In this document: one piece after another, positions 1-7,667 of the stretch
Position numbering within the stretch: position 1 is the stretch's first letter
Layout: each line of letters starts with the position of its first letter
Source: an uncultured virus (IMG/VR IMGVR_UViG_3300033067_002319)
Taxonomy: Duplodnaviria > Heunggongvirae > Uroviricota > Caudoviricetes
Virus record (IMG/VR): IMGVR_UViG_3300033067_002319
Direction: 5' to 3' (one strand)
Length of the DNA stretch: 20,000 bases
Notes under the pieces: generated by a model
The model's database searches: none
Seen by the model: the letters and a program-made list of their open reading frames with translations, nothing else
What the model was told of the DNA's origin: nothing
Program-made: the position numbers and the translations under genes

Positions 1-2
1 AG

Positions 3-152
3 TTCAGTGGTTTTGTCGCCGTCGAACAGTCCGGCAGCTACGACCAGGTCTTGATCGTGCGTCAGGACGGCCCGCAACAGAACGGTACATCGAACTGGGG
101 AGCCTCGACGATCACCATTACGGAAGTGGCGCAGGTCCTCTACCACACGTGA
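3..152 (+). CDS. 3' end of an unknown gene (partial, enters from the left edge)
   Basis: Open frame from base 3 (FSGFVAVEQSGSYDQVLIVRQDGPQQNGTSNWGASTITITEVAQVLYHT) ending in TGA at 150-152, just before the terminator hairpin. It converges on nrdJ. Confidence 0.55.
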   Translation, partial: FSGFVAVEQSGSYDQVLIVRQDGPQQNGTSNWGASTITITEVAQVLYHT

Positions 153-170
153 TCTGAACGGGCGCAGGGC

Positions 171-210
171 AAAGGAAAAAGCCCCCGGAGCATTGCTGCT
201 CCGGGGGCTT
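171..210 (-). terminator. Rho-independent terminator for the minus-strand nrdJ transcript (possibly weakly bidirectional)
   Basis: The minus strand reads AAGCCCCCGGAGCA-GCAA-TGCTCCGGGGGC-TTTTTCCTTT: a perfect 12-14 bp GC-rich stem, a GNRA tetraloop and a U-tract, about 60 nt after the nrdJ stop. Confidence 0.9.
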
Positions 211-269
211 CGTCTTGGAGGGGATTCCGATGCCGATCGAGTGAGATCAGAGGATAGCGCGAACGAAGA

Positions 270-3083
270 TCAGCTGCAACCCAAAGAGAGCCCGCACTGA
301 GGGCAGCGATGGCAGCTGGCGTTGCGAAGGGTGATGGTACCGCAAGTTGGGCACGGCGGACCATCGGCCGAGAGAGGCTTGGTGGTGATGGTGGGTGGGA
401 TTGTGTTGATCTCCAACATCTCCGGCTGGATCTGCTGGAGATCAGTGCGCCCCGCGTACTCGACCCCCAAAACACGCATCACGAGATCCACGAGGCTGGA
501 CGCCATCTTGATCGTCTCGTGGTTGGCGACCATCCCGTAAGGTTCGAACTTCGTGTGCGTGAACGTCTCGATGAACTCATCGAGCGGAACACCGTATTGA
601 AGTCCGAGGCTCACCGACTTCGCCCACATGCCCAAGAGCCCGCTGAGTGTCGAGCCTTCCTTAGCGATGTCGACGAAGATCTCCCCGACTGAACCGTCAG
701 GGTACTCTCCCGATCGCAAGTAGATCTTGTGGTTGTCGAGCTTGAGTGCCCAGGTTTTGCCGTTGCGTACCTTCGGCAACTTGCGTTGCACGCGCTTGAA
801 CTCCGGATCGGTCTTGGGGTGCAAGACAGGATCGAGGGTTTCAGGCTTCTTCTCCTCCGGACCAGACTTCGACGACACGGGCTGTGCGCCCTTGCTTCCA
901 TTGCGGTAGAGCGCAACGGCCTTGAGCCCGAGCTTCCAGGCTTGCATGTGAATGTTCTCGATGTCTTCAACCGTTGCCGTCTCCGGAAGGTTGATGGTCT
1001 TCGAGATCGCACCCGAAAGGAATGGCTGCACGGCGGCCATCATCTCGATGTGCGCCGCAGGTGCGAGATGGCGACCATCCGTACCCGAGGGGAAAGCTGT
1101 GTCGAAGATCGGAAGATGCTTGGGCTCCAACAAGGACCCCACAAAGCCGCCCGTGTTCTTGACGTGCTCGACGATCTGAGGGATCGCAGGACCTCGGTAG
1201 CCCAGACGCGTCAGCGTGGTTTCGAGACCTGCGTTGACGATCTTGAGCGTGCCCCCACCCGCGAGCTTCTTGGTTTGAACATGTCCAAGAAGAGGCTCGA
1301 CGCCGGTGGTGTCGCAGTCCATCAAGAACCCGATGGTGCCCGTGGGCGCGAGCAGTGTGACCTGCGCGTTGCGGATGCCCTTTTTGGCCGCCAATTCGGA
1401 AGCACGGTACCAAGACGCCTGAGCCGCGTGAAGCACAGGCAGGGCCAACGAATCCTGGCCAACATCACAAAGCTGCGCGAGCTTCGATGAGGCCGACAAG
1501 TGTTTGTGGATGATGTGACGGACCCCTTCTTTGTCCGCCTGAAACCCGTCAAACGGTTCCAAGGCCTTGGCGAGCTCTCCGCTCATTTCGTACGCGCAGG
1601 CTGACATCAACGACGTCAAGGCCCCGGCAAAGTGGTGGGCCCGGCGCTCCGAGTAACCCAAGCCTACCTGCATGAGCAGAGCGCCGAGGTCTGCATAGCC
1701 GAGCCCCAGCTGCCGGAACTTGTGCGCGCCCTCGGCGATCTTCTTCGTCGGGTAGGACGCGAAGTCCACGAGGATGTCCTGCGCGACGATGAAGGTCTTG
1801 CAGGCCGCCATGTACGAAGCGACGCCAAAAGAGCCATCAGGGAGAAGGAACTTGGTGAGTCGAAGCGACGCGAGGTTGCATGCGGAATCGTCGAGATGGA
1901 CGTACTCGGAGCAGGGATTTGTCCCGTTCAACCATCCCGCGTTCGGCGTCGTGTTCCAGTTGTTGATCGTGTCGTCGAACTGAAGCCCTGGGTCCGCGCA
2001 GAACCACGAAGCCTCGGCGATCTGGTGCCAGAGGTCCTTCGCGCGGATGGTCTTCACGACGTGGCCGCCGACACGCGAGGTCAACTCCCACGGCCCGTCT
2101 TGCTCAACGGCGCGCATGAAGCCATCCGACACGCGCACCGAGTTGTTTGCGTTCTGGCCGCTCACGGTTGTCGCAGCTTCGCCCTCCATCCCGGCGGAGT
2201 AGCCAGCCGCCACGAGGACTTGCATCTTCTTCTCTTCGCGGGTCTTCCAGGCTACGAACGCCTCGATCTCGGGATGGTCCGCGTTGAGGATGACCATCTT
2301 CGCTGCGCGGCGCGTGGTCCCTCCAGACTTGATCGCGCCCGCGAAGCAATCCAAGGGCGGGAGGAACGCCATCAAGCCGCTCGACACTCCGCCAGCAGAC
2401 AGCGGCGCGTACTTCTCACGGATGCGCGAGAAGTTCGCACCCGAGCCCGAGCCGCCCTTGAAGAGCCGCGCTTCCGACTCGGCGAAGTCGTAAATGCCGC
2501 CCGGTCCGACGAGCGAGTCGTCGATCGGTTGAATGAAGCACGCCGAGCATTGAGGTCGCTGGTACGCGTTCGTCGTCACGTGCGCGCTTTGCGTCTTCTC
2601 ATCCCATGCCCAGCTTCCGCCGGCGCCTACGTAGCCGCGCTCCCAACGGCGCACATTGAACCAGACGGGCGAATTGAATGCACCGTACTGATTGATGAGC
2701 AGGAACGCCAGCTCCGCTTCGAACGCGTCGGCGTCACCTTGCGTGCAGAAGTAACCCTGCTTCCAGCCCGAAACGGCGATGGCGTTCGCCACACCCTTCA
2801 CCATGTCGAACACGCTCGTCTCGGGGTTCGAACCCTTGGTGAAGTACTTCTGAGCCACGATACGCACCGCGAGGTCCGACCACGCGACTGGCGCTTCGAT
2901 GTTGTCCTGCCGGAACACTTCAGATCCGTCAGGGTTGGTGATCACAGCGCTTCGCGTGTTACGCGGAATTGCGTCGAACGGGTGCGTACCCGCGCGAGTG
3001 AAGAAACGAGACCACGACAACCCTCCAGGCAGGGTGGCAGTCGCAGGGGACGTTTCAAGAACAGGTTCAAACTCTTCGGCCAT
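270..3083 (-). CDS. nrdJ: Adenosylcobalamin-dependent (class II) ribonucleotide reductase, ~937 aa, with C-terminal TSCPD-like domain and Zn-ribbon
   Basis: Motifs FNSPVWFN, PQCSACFI, GGTTRRAAKM, TNPCSEY (radical Cys), SACNLASL, LLAPTGTIG, SGAISKTINLP, and C-terminal CPTCG...CHRCPQCG..GCS. Start placed at ATG 3083 (MAEEF, preceded by GGAAGGGA) because the longer ORF start overlaps ruvC. Confidence 0.95.
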   Translation of the reverse strand: MAEEFEPVLETSPATATLPGGLSWSRFFTRAGTHPFDAIPRNTRSAVITNPDGSEVFRQDNIEAPVAWSDLAVRIVAQKYFTKGSNPETSVFDMVKGVANAIAVSGWKQGYFCTQGDADAFEAELAFLLINQYGAFNSPVWFNVRRWERGYVGAGGSWAWDEKTQSAHVTTNAYQRPQCSACFIQPIDDSLVGPGGIYDFAESEARLFKGGSGSGANFSRIREKYAPLSAGGVSSGLMAFLPPLDCFAGAIKSGGTTRRAAKMVILNADHPEIEAFVAWKTREEKKMQVLVAAGYSAGMEGEAATTVSGQNANNSVRVSDGFMRAVEQDGPWELTSRVGGHVVKTIRAKDLWHQIAEASWFCADPGLQFDDTINNWNTTPNAGWLNGTNPCSEYVHLDDSACNLASLRLTKFLLPDGSFGVASYMAACKTFIVAQDILVDFASYPTKKIAEGAHKFRQLGLGYADLGALLMQVGLGYSERRAHHFAGALTSLMSACAYEMSGELAKALEPFDGFQADKEGVRHIIHKHLSASSKLAQLCDVGQDSLALPVLHAAQASWYRASELAAKKGIRNAQVTLLAPTGTIGFLMDCDTTGVEPLLGHVQTKKLAGGGTLKIVNAGLETTLTRLGYRGPAIPQIVEHVKNTGGFVGSLLEPKHLPIFDTAFPSGTDGRHLAPAAHIEMMAAVQPFLSGAISKTINLPETATVEDIENIHMQAWKLGLKAVALYRNGSKGAQPVSSKSGPEEKKPETLDPVLHPKTDPEFKRVQRKLPKVRNGKTWALKLDNHKIYLRSGEYPDGSVGEIFVDIAKEGSTLSGLLGMWAKSVSLGLQYGVPLDEFIETFTHTKFEPYGMVANHETIKMASSLVDLVMRVLGVEYAGRTDLQQIQPEMLEINTIPPTITTKPLSADGPPCPTCGTITLRNASCHRCPQCGLSLGCS

Positions 3084-3108
3084 GTTGGTGAATCCCTTCC
3101 AGTAGCTA

Positions 3109-3666
3109 TCAGACGTTCGGGGTTTTCTTGCGACGCGACTTCGACGTTCGCGTGAGAGAAGTTCGGTAAGATTTAAGCCCTTCGGCATGTCCTCGCGTGA
3201 GTGCGCGTTCGGGGTCCGCGTACATCCGAGCGAAGGTGGCGAGCGCGAGGGCGTCGGCTTGGTTGTCATCCGTGATCGTCAGCTTGTGCAGCTTGTTTAC
3301 TGCGTCAATGACGTCGGCTTTGGACGCGCTGCCGTTGCTCGCAGCAAAGAGTTTCAAGGTGGACGGGGGGATGATCAGCGGCTCCACGGACCAGATAGAG
3401 TAAACCACCTCTTGGATCACCCCGAACACACTCCCGAGATCGAACTCGCGATGGGTACTTTCGAGGCTTGGACCCTCCATGGCCGCGACCTCGACAGGGA
3501 ACCCTGCCAAGGCTTCCTTGAGCTGTTGGCGGATGTGACTGAGGCGCCGACCCCCGCGCAGGTTCTCGGCTACCTTTACCGTGAACAGACGGAGCACGAC
3601 GTTGTTCTCGCTCAAGAGCGCAACGCCCGGTGCGGTCAGTGATTGATCAATCCCGAGGAAATTCAT
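3109..3666 (-). CDS. ruvC: RuvC-like Holliday junction resolvase
   Basis: N-terminal LGIDQSLTAPG, AAMEG, LKLFAASNGSASKADV and DDNQADALALA match the RuvC acidic catalytic pattern. GAAGGA lies 8 nt upstream of ATG 3666. Confidence 0.85.
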   Translation of the reverse strand: MNFLGIDQSLTAPGVALLSENNVVLRLFTVKVAENLRGGRRLSHIRQQLKEALAGFPVEVAAMEGPSLESTHREFDLGSVFGVIQEVVYSIWSVEPLIIPPSTLKLFAASNGSASKADVIDAVNKLHKLTITDDNQADALALATFARMYADPERALTRGHAEGLKSYRTSLTRTSKSRRKKTPNV

Positions 3667-4573
3667 GGCCGTCATCCTTCGCATTCGGCAACAGGGGTAC
3701 GTACGTACTGCGGGCTTTCAGGCCACGCAGTGGGCGGTAACCGTACCGGTCAGCGACCCGCCTGCGAATCCACCCATCGCGACCGACCCCTTGTCGTTCG
3801 CGCCGATGTTCGTCATCCGCAACGTCCAGGGCTTCGACACACTTGAGCGTGTCGCGACGTTGCAGGACTTTGCTTCGTTGCCTGTCTCGGAGCTGGAGTG
3901 GTTCGACGTCAGGGGCATTGGCGGTGATGCTCTTCTGGGCGGAGCCCTTGCGGGTGATACGCTTCGGATCACGACGAACCTGTCGTACTGGATCCAGGAA
4001 CAGGTCCCGTACACAGATCAGGATTTCACCCTCACACAGCTTGCAAACCGCGTCCAGGGAGCCTCTGCGCGCTGTTTTACGAGCGGCGCAATTCAGCTTC
4101 CTGGGTATGTTTTCTCGGATCAAGATGTTGGCCGATGGGTGAGGTTGTCGGACTTTCCCACCACGGGTAATAACGGCTGGGCGCAGATCACGTCCTTCGT
4201 AGGCGGCACGGCTCAAACGAACAGGACCTTCTCCGCCAACGAGACGAATGGCAGCTGGGCGTTCCCTTGGCTTCGCATTCAAAGCATCTTTGGCGGGGTC
4301 GAACCTCGATACTTTCCCACGCGCGAACAGAACCTCGGATGGGAGTTGCGCCGCAGCGGCAGTTACCTCACGGCCGGCACAGGCGGCGCGACTGCCCGAG
4401 GTGTTGACGCGCCGCTCGTACGATCGGTGCGCAACACGACGCTGGCGCCGACGCTTGACGCGGCGACGGACCTCTTCGAAGTTGTGCGCAAGGACCTGAT
4501 GCGCCTTCAGCAAGCGGCGACGACGAACGACACGGCATTCACCGTGCTCATCACTACGACAGTAGGCCCATAG
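3665..4573 (+). CDS. Hypothetical protein (302 aa), paralog A of a three-gene family, possibly virion structural
   Basis: Long ORF with GAGGA 5 nt upstream of the ATG. Beta-rich, T/G/S-rich composition. Shares the MFVIR...LERVATLQDFASLP motif with the next two genes. Confidence 0.7.
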   Translation: MAVILRIRQQGYVRTAGFQATQWAVTVPVSDPPANPPIATDPLSFAPMFVIRNVQGFDTLERVATLQDFASLPVSELEWFDVRGIGGDALLGGALAGDTLRITTNLSYWIQEQVPYTDQDFTLTQLANRVQGASARCFTSGAIQLPGYVFSDQDVGRWVRLSDFPTTGNNGWAQITSFVGGTAQTNRTFSANETNGSWAFPWLRIQSIFGGVEPRYFPTREQNLGWELRRSGSYLTAGTGGATARGVDAPLVRSVRNTTLAPTLDAATDLFEVVRKDLMRLQQAATTNDTAFTVLITTTVGP

Positions 4574-4581
4574 GAGTTCAC

Positions 4582-4959
4582 GTGGCTTGGATCACCGCTA
4601 CATGCACTGAGACGCAAGTTGACGCCCAAACCTACAAGGTCGAGTTCAACGTCAGCGACGCTGGTGGCATTGAGAAAGAGCTCTTCGTCATGCGCGTGAG
4701 CGACGACAGCTTCTCTCACGTCGCACTCGTCTACGATCTCAAGACGTTCCCGAACAGCAAGCAGGAAGCCCTGACAAAGCGCCTCGCTTTTTACCGCGTA
4801 TCGCAGATGCAGCGAACCTTCGAAGTGAAGCCCACGGCGGCGAACTTCTCGACCTACACGAAGCAGCGCCTCGCGTTCGTCACCAAGGATTGGGCCGGCG
4901 ATTCCGTGGCCGAGTTCGGCGGGATCACGACGGTCGTGTACTCTTCGGATCCAACGTGA
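4582..4959 (+). CDS. Hypothetical protein (125 aa), paralog B (minimal domain)
   Basis: GTG start with AGGAG SD. Carries LFVMR...FSHVALVYDLKTFP. Its stop overlaps the next start (GTGA). Confidence 0.75.
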   Translation: MAWITATCTETQVDAQTYKVEFNVSDAGGIEKELFVMRVSDDSFSHVALVYDLKTFPNSKQEALTKRLAFYRVSQMQRTFEVKPTAANFSTYTKQRLAFVTKDWAGDSVAEFGGITTVVYSSDPT

Positions 4960-5942
4960 GCACAATCCCCAAAGTCTCCCAGGTTCGCCGCGCTGTTCGT
5001 CTGATCGACGGGACGATGGTGTTCGAAGTCACTTCGACCATTACAGACCCCGGCGGCTTGCCGTTCAAGGACCTGTTCGTGCTCTCGATCACGGACCCTA
5101 GCGACGCCAAGGACGACGTGCTCGCGCGCGTCGCTACGCCGCTCGACATCCAGCAGACCGATCCGAGCTCCCCCAAGTACGTTCGTGTCGCGGGCGACGA
5201 TCTGATCCACATCAGCGGGGATCCTTTTGGTCGCATCGCCAGCATCGACGACTTGACCGGGCTGCCGCGCGATCGGACGGACGCGATCCGGCGCAATCGC
5301 ACGGAGTACCTCACGTCGGTCATGACGGAGCAGTACACGACCTTGACGACAGCGGATGCGGCGTACAAGCAGATCCTCTCCCGTCTTTCAGCGTTGGTGG
5401 AAGGGTGGCGCACTTCGTTCACGGCGTTCGCCACGAACCCGAGCCAGCTGTACAACCTTCCCGTCCCCGGCGTGTCGGTGGAGGCCGAGCGAACGGCGAC
5501 GTACGTAGCGGCCCGTGATGCACGTATTGCGTTAGAGACGACACGAGACGCGGCCCAAACCGCCAAAGAAGCCTGTGAACGTGACTGCGTGGCAGACAAG
5601 GCGATCTACAACTTCTTGGTGGCGGATGTTGCGTTCTTGAACGACGCCAGGAATGTGGTGGCCTCTATTACGGAAGTAGGCACCACGAACGTCAAGGACT
5701 TCGTCCTTCGTACGGGCAGCTACAGCGCCGACGAGCGCAGCTACCAGGCGCTCTTGGACTCGAAGAAGGCTTCCCTCAACGAGTACGCAGCTCGCGTACG
5801 TGCGTGTGATGTGCGTTGCGCCGCGCTTGGCGACGCCTTGCTCACCGCTCAGCGCGCGGTCACTTCAGCGCAGATTACCGAGCGGAACGCCTTGGTGGAT
5901 GTGTACGCCGTGTGCCCCTCGTTCGATCCCAACGCCGTCTAG
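4956..5942 (+). CDS. Hypothetical protein (~328 aa), paralog C with C-terminal Cys-containing coiled coil
   Basis: GTG 4956 overlaps the upstream TGA (translational coupling). Carries LFVLS...LARVATPLD. The C-terminal half is Ala-rich and helical, with CERDC, CDVRC and a terminal VCP. Confidence 0.75.
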   Translation: MSTIPKVSQVRRAVRLIDGTMVFEVTSTITDPGGLPFKDLFVLSITDPSDAKDDVLARVATPLDIQQTDPSSPKYVRVAGDDLIHISGDPFGRIASIDDLTGLPRDRTDAIRRNRTEYLTSVMTEQYTTLTTADAAYKQILSRLSALVEGWRTSFTAFATNPSQLYNLPVPGVSVEAERTATYVAARDARIALETTRDAAQTAKEACERDCVADKAIYNFLVADVAFLNDARNVVASITEVGTTNVKDFVLRTGSYSADERSYQALLDSKKASLNEYAARVRACDVRCAALGDALLTAQRAVTSAQITERNALVDVYAVCPSFDPNAV

Positions 5943-5955
5943 CATTACCCCCAAC

Positions 5956-6990
5956 ATGATCGACCTCTACTCCGATCCGGGCCACGCGCTCTTTCGTCAG
6001 CTTGTTGAGCGAGCCCCCGGCGCGCTCGCGCACCTGAAGACTGCCTCGTTTGAGCCGTCCGGCGACGGCATCCCTCTGACGGCCTTCGCATGGGCCACGG
6101 AGCGCCGCTACCCCGTTCACACGCCCGAGCATGCCGTCGTGTCGTACCTGTACGCGAAGCACGCGGACGCGGTGAAGACGGCGGCGGTGGGTCGCGGGCT
6201 TCCGGCTGGCGTCCTGGGCGACATCAAACAGGCGCTGGAGATGTACGGGATCGCGGAAGCGGATCTCGCGTTCATGGAGACGAAGGTCGCCGCGATCTCG
6301 GAAGAAGACTGCCTCTTCCCCGACAAGAAGCTGTACCCCGTGCGCGACGCCGGCGAAGTGAAGCTCGCGGAGCAAGCCCTGCAAAGCGAGTACAAGAAGC
6401 TCACACCGCTCTCGCGGCACAGGGCCTTCACCAAGTTGTCGGCGGCGGCCATGCGGCATCAGGTGGAGTTGCATCCAGCTTCACACCGCTGGGCCGGAGA
6501 GACTGCCACGAACACGGCGGACCTCGCGGATCAACTTGCGGCGCGCTCCGTTCTCGCCAAGACGGCCGAGCACGCCGAAGCCTACCGGGTACTCAGCGAC
6601 GCCGTGCTCGCCGACAAAGCCTGGTTGAAGAACGACGACAACCGGAAGAAGCTCGCGGCGCACATCGACGAGCTGGACGGGCAGGCCAAGCTGCGCACCG
6701 AGTACGATCGCCGCATCCTCGACCCGGTCGCAACGGTGTACAACACCAACATCAAGCTCGCGGCGGACGACATGGACCTGGGTTGTGGTCGCGTGGGGCG
6801 CCAACACCTGATGCGCCTCCCGCCGAGCTTCTACGGGGACGCCTTGGGTGACGATGTTCTCCCCGAGATCGCACCCGGAGGCCGTCTTGATCCCGAGAGC
6901 CTTCACGCGGTGCTCAGCACCCTCCCTGCCACGAACAAGCTCAGCTTCGTGCAGTCGTTGCGTTCCGCCGGAGTCCCTGTCGCCGAATGA
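5956..6990 (+). CDS. Hypothetical protein (~344 aa) with internal F-x(4-5)-YPV repeat and many K-[TVL]-A motifs; putative head/scaffold-associated protein
   Basis: ATG 5956 follows the upstream stop at 5942. Repeats AFAWATERRYPVHTPEH and CLFPDKKLYPVRDAGE. ATGA overlap with the next gene. Confidence 0.7.
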   Translation: MIDLYSDPGHALFRQLVERAPGALAHLKTASFEPSGDGIPLTAFAWATERRYPVHTPEHAVVSYLYAKHADAVKTAAVGRGLPAGVLGDIKQALEMYGIAEADLAFMETKVAAISEEDCLFPDKKLYPVRDAGEVKLAEQALQSEYKKLTPLSRHRAFTKLSAAAMRHQVELHPASHRWAGETATNTADLADQLAARSVLAKTAEHAEAYRVLSDAVLADKAWLKNDDNRKKLAAHIDELDGQAKLRTEYDRRILDPVATVYNTNIKLAADDMDLGCGRVGRQHLMRLPPSFYGDALGDDVLPEIAPGGRLDPESLHAVLSTLPATNKLSFVQSLRSAGVPVAE

Positions 6991-7667
6991 ACACCTCCGA
7001 AGTCCTGAACGACGCGTGCGTCGAGGTTTCCGTGGCGTGGCGCGCGGCGGAGATGCTGCTCGGGCCCACGATTGGAGCCTGGGAGCCCGAGACGCTGCGG
7101 ATCGAACTGGAGCGGCACGGCGTACCGCCCACGGATTCGCTCATGGCGAAGCTGCTGGCCGCCCAGACGATCGTGACCACTTGCGCGTGGACGTACGACC
7201 ACGACGTGCTCTTCGCCTTCGCGCTGGCCTGTGATGGCATTCCCGCCGCTTCGAACGCGATCCACCACCCGACGCCGGAGCAGCTTGCATGGGCGATTCG
7301 CGAGATCGAGACACTCAAGGACGCCAAGATCACGGACGACCACGGCTTCGATCCTGACGCCATCGACCCTGCCGTCGCGGCGGTATTGCTCGACGAAGGT
7401 ATGGTGGTGACTCCATTGCCGCTCAAGTGGGCTCAGGACGCGCTGGACACCATGGTTCAAGGCGCCTCGGGCTTGAAGGACCGTGTGCTGCCGCGCTTCC
7501 TTGCGGCTCTTGAGCAATCGGACGAGTCTTTACGGCGTACGATCTCGAAAGAGCCCAAAGACGCCGAGACCGTGCAGCTGCACCGTTTGATCGAGTGCCG
7601 CCTGTACGAAATGGAACGCGCGCACTGCCGCGCAAAGCAGCATGCAATTCTCGACCGCAACATCTGA
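6987..7667 (+). CDS. Hypothetical helical protein (226 aa) directly upstream of the large terminase
   Basis: ATGA coupling with the previous gene and an overlap with the terminase start. No recognisable motif. Confidence 0.7.
   Translation: MNTSEVLNDACVEVSVAWRAAEMLLGPTIGAWEPETLRIELERHGVPPTDSLMAKLLAAQTIVTTCAWTYDHDVLFAFALACDGIPAASNAIHHPTPEQLAWAIREIETLKDAKITDDHGFDPDAIDPAVAAVLLDEGMVVTPLPLKWAQDALDTMVQGASGLKDRVLPRFLAALEQSDESLRRTISKEPKDAETVQLHRLIECRLYEMERAHCRAKQHAILDRNI

Noticed and set aside
3084..3108. Cobalamin riboswitch or NrdR box upstream of nrdJ
   Set aside because: Only 25 nt of intergenic DNA, and no recognisable motif.
1632..3155. 507-aa plus-strand ORF antisense to nrdJ
   Set aside because: Shadow ORF expected from GC-rich codon bias. 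It is Arg/Val-rich with no motifs and lies opposite a conserved gene.
3084..3269. N-terminal extension of NrdJ to 999 aa
   Set aside because: It overlaps ruvC in another frame and is not homologous-looking. ATG 3083 has a good SD.
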